A stretch of 64,000 bases of DNA, taken from Candidatus Obscuribacteraceae bacterium. GTDB lineage: Bacteria; Cyanobacteriota; Vampirovibrionia; Obscuribacterales; Obscuribacteraceae. The notes beneath the pieces were generated by a model. That model ran no database searches. It was not told the origin of the DNA and saw only the letters and a program-made list of their open reading frames with translations. Both the position numbers and the translations under genes were made by a program. Below, one piece after another: positions 56,932-64,000 of this stretch. The stretch lies in NCBI GenBank assembly GCA_044229845.1, contig JBGASG010000005.1:128001-192000 (forward strand), read 5' to 3'. Within the stretch, counting starts at the first letter, position 1, and every line of letters starts with the position of its first letter.

Positions 56932-57423
56932 GTGGTGCGCCGCAGCAAGGGACCGACCTTCAAACCCGCCGAGCAGGGCATCAACTGGATTCCCATCCTC
57001 CTGGGACTGATTGTCGTGGTTGTAGTCATCGTTTCGGCAATCCCCGGCAGTTGGCTTGGTCAGTTGATGAACAAGAAGCCTGAGCCGGAAGATCCAATTG
57101 CCAAACTGACTTACATCGAAGCGCGCAACATTCTCGAATCCGAATTGAACAAAAACCTGCAAGCCGTCGGCGCCACCGCCAAACTCGAATGGAAAAAGCC
57201 GGGCGGCATGGAGCCCAGCGACAAAATGGCCAACGAAGCCGTCGAACTGGTTGTCGATACGTCTTTGCAGGACAAAAACCAGCGTACCGCCATTATCGAC
57301 CCGATTAAGCCGTACATGGAAAAGGCGCAGGTCATGACACTCACCATGAACGACAAACGGTCGCACGCCACATGGACCTACACGGTCCAGCCGGCGCCCT
57401 CCACACCCGAACCCGAAGAGTAA
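56932..57423 (+). CDS. Single-TM hypothetical protein
   Basis: INWIPILLGLIVVVVVIVSAIPG followed by a soluble domain. Confidence 0.75.
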   Translation: MVRRSKGPTFKPAEQGINWIPILLGLIVVVVVIVSAIPGSWLGQLMNKKPEPEDPIAKLTYIEARNILESELNKNLQAVGATAKLEWKKPGGMEPSDKMANEAVELVVDTSLQDKNQRTAIIDPIKPYMEKAQVMTLTMNDKRSHATWTYTVQPAPSTPEPEE

Positions 57424-57526
57424 CAGGCACCCAGGTGTAGAGGCTGAAACTCAAGCCAGGCGAGCGTTTAATCTACGCTGGCGGGACCGGCTCAGCTGTG
57501 AGACGGCGGCAGATAATGGGTATAGA

Positions 57527-57610
57527 TCTCACGTCGGTATGTATACGTGAGAGAGAAACTCGTTTTGATTTTGATGGTCATGTCACAAAAATTCCACGAG
57601 CGTGACATGA
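57527..57610. promoter_or_regulatory. Two inverted repeats upstream of the giant gene
   Basis: TCTCACGT-N10-ACGTGAGA (57527-57552) and TCATGTCAC-N15-GTGACATGA (57578-57610). Confidence 0.45.
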
Positions 57611-57640
57611 ATATTGCACGGAACTCCTCTACCCTGACCA

Positions 57641-60600
57641 TTGCTGTCGTTCCCCCGTTCAACTGCTCGGTCTCTGTTCCCCGTGGCTAATGACGCCCCA
57701 GAAGTTAAGGGTCCTCCCCAGGAGGATAACCACGTCGAAGATGAATTCGACGAGTTTGACTATGGCGACCATGATGCGCACGATCACCAGGACCTCGGCG
57801 ACCAGATGTATGCCTCGGGCGGGTCGTTCGACAACATTGTCACCAACGGATTTGTACGCACCGGCAGCTCTCTCGGCGACCTGAACACAGGCTCTCTGTA
57901 TCACAGTGACGTGCTGCCGACGGGAACCAGCAGCGCCTACTCACTGCCTGATACGGGCAACGGCGGCGTTCCAAAAGACGGCAAAGACCCCAAAAAAGAC
58001 CCTAGCAAGGACGCCAAAGACGGCCTGACCAGCCTCAAAGACGTTTTCAGCAATTTCGCCGGACAACTCGCAGACGGCGCCGCGGACTGGGCAAGCAAGC
58101 AAGTCGACGCGGTTTCCGCCTGGGGCAAGAAACAACTCCTGGGAATCCCTGAAGACGCCAAGATTTTCTACAACTCCAAAGAAAAAGCATACGGATACAC
58201 GACGCAAAAGACCGACGACAAGGGAAACACAGTTGATACGGTGGTGACGTTTACGGGTGTAGAGGACGCCCGCACCGAGCGTACCACCACCAAGAACCAG
58301 CAAGGGCAAGTAATCAGCGACAGCATGACCAAAGAGTTCTCGGACGGCTCCAGAACGTTTGAGAATAAAACGTTCAACGACAAAGGCGTACTGACACAGC
58401 ACCAGCGCTCTTATGAAGATGCACAAGATGGTGGCGGATACAGCCGCGTGATCCGCTACGACGACAACGGCAAGCTCTTAGACGTCAGCATGTCCAAGTA
58501 CACCGACGACGGGCGCGTCGAGGGTGAGCCGACCAAGGTGACCCAAGCCGATATCGACGCGTTCAAAGCCAAGCTGGGACCGAATGGCGAAAAACTGCTG
58601 ACCCAGGCCGGCAACGGCAACGAGATCTTCGGATACACCGCTCTCATGGCTCTGGGCGAAGGCAGCATCGATAAGGGTATGGAGCGCCTCAATACTTTTG
58701 GCAAGACGCCGGAAGATGCCGTCAAGCGCCTCAAACAGTTCGGCAGCGGCGACCTGGAAGAAGCCGCGCACCGCATCTTGCGCGTCGGCGATGGCAAATA
58801 CGACAAAGGCATCGAGCGCCTCACCACATTTGGTGGCGGCGAGATACTCAAAGGCATGCACCGTCTTGAGCACCTGGGAAGTCACTCCGGCAACGCAGGA
58901 CTGGGCATCGAGAACATCAAGACGCTTGCCGGTAAGTACGACTTCGAAGTAGGAATGCAAAACCTGCTGGAGATCGCTAAATCGAACGGCGGCAAGAATT
59001 ATGCGGACGCTATTAAGTTCCTCGATGAGATGGGCGGCGGATTGCCTGAACAGACCATCAAGGCCCTGATCAAATTCGGCAATGGTGATGCCGGCAAGGT
59101 GACCGAGTTCGCCAAGCGCCTGGGCGACGGCGACGCCAAAGCCGGTTATGCGATGCTCATCGATCAGATGGCCGACGGCGGCAATATGCTCGACGGCGTA
59201 AATCACTTCCACAAACTCGATAGAGATCACAAGACAGAAACAGTACTGGCACAGCTGGAGCAGAATGAAACTGGCTGCACTGGCGGTGTCTGTGCGATCA
59301 AACATTTCAGTCGCGATAGAGAAGGACGGGAGAGCTTCCAGCTGGGAGTGGAAGCTCGCAATAAGTTCGACGGCAAGAAGACCGGCGAAGAGCACGACAC
59401 CGATCTGGCTCACCAAAACTTCATGGCCTTCTGCACCAAGCCGGGCGACACGCCGGATGAAGAACCGCACGTCGACATGGAATGGGGCGTCAATCAAGGG
59501 CTCAAGTTAACGCAAGACAAAGATGGCGCCGTCAACGGTATCGACACCGCCGACTACATCGCTTCAATAGATAACGTCAACAACGATTTCGCCGTCGGCA
59601 TGGATCTGCTGAAGAAAACCAGCGATCACGGATTGGCCGGTGACGGCGTCGACAACACGCTGGCGACTGGCGATGATGGAACGCTTGCTTCCGCCATGGC
59701 CAACTGGCAGAAGGCATCCACCGATGGCACCAATGCCAGTGGTATCGGCAATATCATCAATTTCTCCGACGGACACAGTCTATATAGCGGTGGACTACAG
59801 AACCTGATCCAGATCGATCCTGACGGCCTGATGAGCGGTCGCATTCAGGATGTGATCAACTTCGGCGATCATAAAAATGGCGTTCTCAATTTCGAATCCG
59901 GAACCGCTAATCTGCTGCTAGTCAATCCAGTCATCAGCAGCGGCATCGCCGACGTTGCCCGTTTCGGCGACAAGCATGCGGACGGCACTCCGGCAATATT
60001 TAGAGATGGCACAGCCAACCTTTTGCTGGTCAATCCCGACGCCAACGTTGAGAACAGTGAACGTATCAAGAGCGTCATCAACGCCAGCGACGTGGTCGAC
60101 GGTAAGCAGACTTTCGCCGGCGGCACCGACAACGTAATCAGGATCAACGAGACCGGCAAGATCTCCGACAACATCGGATTGATTATCAACTTTGGAAACA
60201 AATCCGAAGGCTATTCATTTGACGGCGGCATCGCCAACTTGCATCGCATCGCCGGCGAACGCCAGCTGAGCGTCAACATCGACTCGGTGAAGGCATTCGG
60301 CGACGACAAGACCTTTGCCGGCGGCAGCGCCAACCTTGTGCGGGTCGACGGAGAACGCGACATCGGTCGCAATATAGACTCGGTTAAATCATTCAGCGAT
60401 GTCGGCTTGACTGGTGACGGCGCCTTCGATGGCGGAACTTCCAACCTGCACCGCATGGCTCCCGACGCTCCGCTGAGAGCCAATATCGACCGTCTGATCG
60501 CCTTCAGCGATCCCGGCGAAGGTGGGCGCAAGACATTCGATGGCGGCAGTGACAACGTGCATCGCATCTCGCCGGATTCTCCGCCGAGCGCCAACATCGA

Positions 60601-63600
60601 TCGCGTGATCGCCTTCAGCGATACCGGAGCTGGTGGCGTGCACACCTGGGACGGCGGTGCTGCAAACATTACTCGCATCAGTCCTACAGCTCCAATCAGC
60701 GCCAACATCGACCGCGTGATCGGTTTCGGCGATGCGGGCGCGGGTGGCGTGCGCACCTGGGATGGCGGTGCAGCCAACATCGCGCGCATCAGTCCGACGG
60801 ATCAACCGAGCGCCAACATCGATCGCGTCAAGAACTTCGCCGACGCCGGCACACCTGGTGACAAAGCCTGGGACGGCGGCACGGCCAACTTGCGTTCCAT
60901 CAACCCCAATGCCGACTTCAGCGCTAACATCACTTCGGTGATCAACTTCGGCGACAAGAACGCCAGCGGGCAGCGCACCTGGGATAGCGGCACCGACAAC
61001 CTGCGCGCCATCAACCCGAATGGTCCGATGTCGCAGAACATCCAGACCGTCATCAGCTTCGGCGATTCGAACGGCGGCGTCAAGACGTTCGACGGCGGTC
61101 GCGAAAATATTCAAGCCGTCAACCAGAACGGCACCATCAAAGACAACATTCAGGCAGTGGCATCCTTCTCCGACAGACCGAATGCCACCTTCGCCGACGG
61201 CGCCCAGACCCTGTCTCGCATGACCAACTCCGACGGTCAGATGAGCGGTGCGATTCGCAACGTACAAAATCTCTCCACCGACGGCACCTTCGCCGGTGGT
61301 ACCAATGTTTTGCGCACCGCCGGCAATGGCAGCGTAGAGCGCTCGGTGGAAGCCATGCAGGTGCTGGCTAACAAGGGTGAAATGAGCCGCGCCGTCGATA
61401 TCGTCAAAGCCGCAGGCGGCGGCGATGCGGCAGCCGGATTCCAGGCTTTCAAAAATATGTCCGGCAACAACGATGTGGTCGCCGGCGCCCGCATGTTGCA
61501 GGCGGCTTATCCGAACATCACTCCGCAACAAGTGGAAGCGATGGTCGCCGCCGGCGGTGGCAAGCTCGATGTTGGTTTTGCCCGCGTGCAACAATATGGC
61601 GGTCTGGACAAATTGGCATCCGACAACAAGGGCGACCTGCTGGCTGGTGCTCAAAACCTGCGCCAGCAAGCCGAACACGCCGAGCAACTGCGCGCCCAGC
61701 AGGAAGCGGCAGCGAGAAACTCCGTGACGGTGGTGACCGCGTCACTGACGGCCGACCGGTCGCCGGCGGTACTGCCTGTAGTGGCACCAGATAAACCGCT
61801 GACAGCGGCTGAGAAGCTGGTTTCTCCCTATGCTAATCGCGATGACGATCCGGACAAAAAACTGAGACCGGCCGATGACAGGCACCCCGCGGTCTATGTA
61901 CCGCAAGTGGTCGTCTCGAAAGGAAACCAACCAGATGTGCCGGGCTATCCAGGTTATTCCGGCGCTCGCGTCACACTGGCTCGCGTGGGTGGCGATGGAC
62001 AACCGCAACTCTCAGGCGCGTTCGTGGCTCGCGGTGCGCTCAACGCAGGCACGCTCAGTGCGCCGGGAACCCCCGGTGGTCCCGGCACGCCGGGTCTCGC
62101 AGGCGTGCGCACGGCAGGACGTGACTTTGCCGACCGCGCGCTGACACCTGGTCAAGCACAAGCATTCCTCAATCAACTCAATCAAATTGCGGCACGCTTC
62201 GGTGACAGCGGTCCCGGTGGCAGACTCGCGGGCCTGGTGGCGCGCGACGCATTGCAGCAGATGCTGATTGTCAATGCCGCGCGCATGGCCGATGCACGTG
62301 CGGTGCAAGTGACCATGGCAGCAGCCACTGCCGCGCTGGCTCGCGCCACTGCGCAAGAAGGGCGCGCCGCATACTGGGCCAAGGCAGAGACCACGCAAGC
62401 ACTGATGATTCACACGGCTCGGGCGGCAACAGCTGCGCACCTTTCTGATGTCGAGAAGAAGCAGCAACTGCTGGCCGGCGACCTCCTGAACGGAAGGCTG
62501 GTCAGAGGACCGGACGGACAGATTCTAGTGCCCGGCAGCATGGCGCAGGTTGTGCGTGTCACCAAGCAAGGTGCTTTGATCTCGTTGACGCAACCCGGAC
62601 GCGCTCCGCTTGATGTGCGCATCGGACGCTATCCGCTGATGGGTTCTATCGATGCGCTGTCCGGCAGCAAGACGACGACGTTGACTTTCAGCGGACGCGT
62701 GCCGCGCGGCAAGAAACTCGCTCTCATAGGTGCGGAGGTTGCCCTGATGGCGTTGTTGGTCTCCGCCGGTGTTGCCCGCGCTCGCGGTGGCGACAAGACG
62801 GCTGCCGAGAAAGCGCTCGCCGAAGGTCAATTCACGGCTGAGCAACTGGCTGAACTGGAAGCGCAAAAACAGAAGGACGACGATGATGCGCGTTCTAAGG
62901 TCCACAAGTATCAAGCGCGCATTCGCCCGACATGGCTCGTGCGCCAGGGCGAAGACCTGTGCAAACTCGCCGACCATCTCTTCCACGACGCCAAACTTGG
63001 CTGGCTGATTGCCGACATCAACGCGCCCAACATCAAGGAGATGTTCGATGGCAAGAAACGCGTGGTCGAACTGCGTGTTCGCCAGAAGATCGAGTTGCCG
63101 GTCTGGCAAGATATCGTTGAATTCCACAAACTGAAAATCGACTTCGAAATCGGCGATCTGATCACTCTGGTTACCGACACCGCCATCGAGGCGGAACTGA
63201 TGCAAAATTCGCTGGCTCCTGTTCTGGGCGCCGCCGCCCCGGCACCGGCAACCGCCGCTTCTCCGAAACCAGCCGCGCCGGTTCTCCAGCCCGGCACCGC
63301 ACAACCAGTCGCTGCCCGCAGCGCGGAAGCGCCGAGCACGGGCACTGCTGTCCCCCCATTGCAGGCGATCCCCGCGGCACTGGCCGCGCTCGCCAATGCC
63401 GGTGCCGCCATAGCCGGCATCGCCGGCGGCAACTCAGCAGCCGCCAATTCCGCCAACGCTTCTGCCGCGGGTTCCACGCCGCAAGCAAATGCGGGCGCTG
63501 GTGCTACCATCGGCACCACCGCTGGTACCGCAGGCACGAACGCGGCCGTGACCGGCGCACGCGGACGCGCAGGTCAACTGCTCAAGCTGCCTACCCTCAA

Positions 63601-63730
63601 CGCAGCTCGACTGGCCGCCGATGTCACGCTTACCGATCGCCAGGACCCAACCGCGGTCGCCGATGCCACCGATGGCGCCGAATCCGAAGTGCCCGCTGCG
63701 TCGCCGAGCCTGAAACCCAAATACGCATAA
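57641..63730 (+). CDS. Giant (about 2000 aa) repeat protein with late hydrophobic segment and LysM-like domain
   Basis: Uninterrupted ORF; helical repeats; RPTWLVRQGEDLCKLADHLF.D..LGWLIADIN...L.V.QKIELP (about 62924-63100) is LysM-like; Ala-rich tail. The start may be GTG 57683. Confidence 0.85.
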   Translation: MLSFPRSTARSLFPVANDAPEVKGPPQEDNHVEDEFDEFDYGDHDAHDHQDLGDQMYASGGSFDNIVTNGFVRTGSSLGDLNTGSLYHSDVLPTGTSSAYSLPDTGNGGVPKDGKDPKKDPSKDAKDGLTSLKDVFSNFAGQLADGAADWASKQVDAVSAWGKKQLLGIPEDAKIFYNSKEKAYGYTTQKTDDKGNTVDTVVTFTGVEDARTERTTTKNQQGQVISDSMTKEFSDGSRTFENKTFNDKGVLTQHQRSYEDAQDGGGYSRVIRYDDNGKLLDVSMSKYTDDGRVEGEPTKVTQADIDAFKAKLGPNGEKLLTQAGNGNEIFGYTALMALGEGSIDKGMERLNTFGKTPEDAVKRLKQFGSGDLEEAAHRILRVGDGKYDKGIERLTTFGGGEILKGMHRLEHLGSHSGNAGLGIENIKTLAGKYDFEVGMQNLLEIAKSNGGKNYADAIKFLDEMGGGLPEQTIKALIKFGNGDAGKVTEFAKRLGDGDAKAGYAMLIDQMADGGNMLDGVNHFHKLDRDHKTETVLAQLEQNETGCTGGVCAIKHFSRDREGRESFQLGVEARNKFDGKKTGEEHDTDLAHQNFMAFCTKPGDTPDEEPHVDMEWGVNQGLKLTQDKDGAVNGIDTADYIASIDNVNNDFAVGMDLLKKTSDHGLAGDGVDNTLATGDDGTLASAMANWQKASTDGTNASGIGNIINFSDGHSLYSGGLQNLIQIDPDGLMSGRIQDVINFGDHKNGVLNFESGTANLLLVNPVISSGIADVARFGDKHADGTPAIFRDGTANLLLVNPDANVENSERIKSVINASDVVDGKQTFAGGTDNVIRINETGKISDNIGLIINFGNKSEGYSFDGGIANLHRIAGERQLSVNIDSVKAFGDDKTFAGGSANLVRVDGERDIGRNIDSVKSFSDVGLTGDGAFDGGTSNLHRMAPDAPLRANIDRLIAFSDPGEGGRKTFDGGSDNVHRISPDSPPSANIDRVIAFSDTGAGGVHTWDGGAANITRISPTAPISANIDRVIGFGDAGAGGVRTWDGGAANIARISPTDQPSANIDRVKNFADAGTPGDKAWDGGTANLRSINPNADFSANITSVINFGDKNASGQRTWDSGTDNLRAINPNGPMSQNIQTVISFGDSNGGVKTFDGGRENIQAVNQNGTIKDNIQAVASFSDRPNATFADGAQTLSRMTNSDGQMSGAIRNVQNLSTDGTFAGGTNVLRTAGNGSVERSVEAMQVLANKGEMSRAVDIVKAAGGGDAAAGFQAFKNMSGNNDVVAGARMLQAAYPNITPQQVEAMVAAGGGKLDVGFARVQQYGGLDKLASDNKGDLLAGAQNLRQQAEHAEQLRAQQEAAARNSVTVVTASLTADRSPAVLPVVAPDKPLTAAEKLVSPYANRDDDPDKKLRPADDRHPAVYVPQVVVSKGNQPDVPGYPGYSGARVTLARVGGDGQPQLSGAFVARGALNAGTLSAPGTPGGPGTPGLAGVRTAGRDFADRALTPGQAQAFLNQLNQIAARFGDSGPGGRLAGLVARDALQQMLIVNAARMADARAVQVTMAAATAALARATAQEGRAAYWAKAETTQALMIHTARAATAAHLSDVEKKQQLLAGDLLNGRLVRGPDGQILVPGSMAQVVRVTKQGALISLTQPGRAPLDVRIGRYPLMGSIDALSGSKTTTLTFSGRVPRGKKLALIGAEVALMALLVSAGVARARGGDKTAAEKALAEGQFTAEQLAELEAQKQKDDDDARSKVHKYQARIRPTWLVRQGEDLCKLADHLFHDAKLGWLIADINAPNIKEMFDGKKRVVELRVRQKIELPVWQDIVEFHKLKIDFEIGDLITLVTDTAIEAELMQNSLAPVLGAAAPAPATAASPKPAAPVLQPGTAQPVAARSAEAPSTGTAVPPLQAIPAALAALANAGAAIAGIAGGNSAAANSANASAAGSTPQANAGAGATIGTTAGTAGTNAAVTGARGRAGQLLKLPTLNAARLAADVTLTDRQDPTAVADATDGAESEVPAASPSLKPKYA
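59735..61330 (+). repeat. About 15 intragenic tandem repeats of 32-40 aa (core period 111 nt)
   Basis: Units begin at 60476, 60587, 60698, 60809 and 60920, exactly 111 nt apart; consensus SANIDRVIxF(G/S)D...T(W/F)DGGxxN(I/L)xxI(S/N)P. Confidence 0.9.
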
Positions 63731-63914
63731 GGACCGGCCCAGTAGTGGGCCGAATCACCTAGAAGTGGCCCGTGGTGGGACAGCAGGGTCGATTTGTCCT
63801 GTTTTAAGGAAAGCAGATGGCCGCCTGGCGGGCCACCTCAGGTTGGCGGGACGCCAAGGGGGGGATTGCCTGATCATCTGCGGATGAATGACCGAGTGAA
63901 TGCGGTGAGGACTT

Positions 63915-64000
63915 ATGAAACGAATTGCGATACTGCTGGCTCTGATTTTAGGAGCAACGGCATTATTGGCGGAAGCACCACCATCACCATCACTGATAAC
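63915..64000 (+). CDS. 5' end of a secreted protein, truncated by the window edge
   Basis: GAGGA RBS; MKRIAILLALILGATALLAEAPPSP is signal-peptide-like; open to the window end. Confidence 0.6.
   Translation, partial: MKRIAILLALILGATALLAEAPPSPSLI

Noticed and set aside
58190..58520. RHS/YD toxin call for the giant protein
   Set aside because: Only a few YD-like hairpins; no RHS core or DPxG motif and no evident immunity gene.
63783..63820. SRP RNA-like GGA-AGCAG segment
   Set aside because: Lacks the adjacent CAGG and GNRA tetraloop of SRP domain IV.

Overview
Gene-dense bacterial chromosomal window with about 50 CDSs. No rRNA, tRNA, CRISPR array, transposase or integrase was found. The gene content suggests a non-photosynthetic cyanobacterial relative (Vampirovibrionia/Melainabacteria, Obscuribacterales-like); this is inference from the several eukaryote-like Ser/Thr kinases, TonB-C 'VDFGPYM' proteins, TPR/LRR/CHAT proteins and a giant LysM-tailed protein. 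Housekeeping genes include glyA, a WecA/MraY-family transferase, cydA/cydB (split by an inverted gene), an ACT-malic enzyme, Fe/Mn SOD, a deoxyhypusine synthase-like gene, cobO, ctpA, a probable CC-adding tRNA nucleotidyltransferase, an M23 peptidase, an aldehyde dehydrogenase and nanE. The best candidate for an undescribed system is 25340-30268: a sigma70-family factor fused to three ComEA-type helix-hairpin-helix modules, with Ser/Thr in place of the acidic DAED motif, followed by a DUF1822-like partner, a zinc-ribbon membrane protein and a zinc-ribbon Ser/Thr kinase. Other candidates are a trypsin-TM-DUF4384 / secreted DUF4384 pair with recurring RG-hydrophobic motifs, head-to-head FecR-like paralogs with a TPR-CHAT protease, an operon of Asp-polyPro secreted proteins with a His-rich membrane enzyme, a 2000-aa helical-repeat protein, and several strongly palindromic intergenic elements (2674-2798, 9427-9515, 16249-16395, 49747-49868). 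All family calls are from motif recognition by eye, not database searches.
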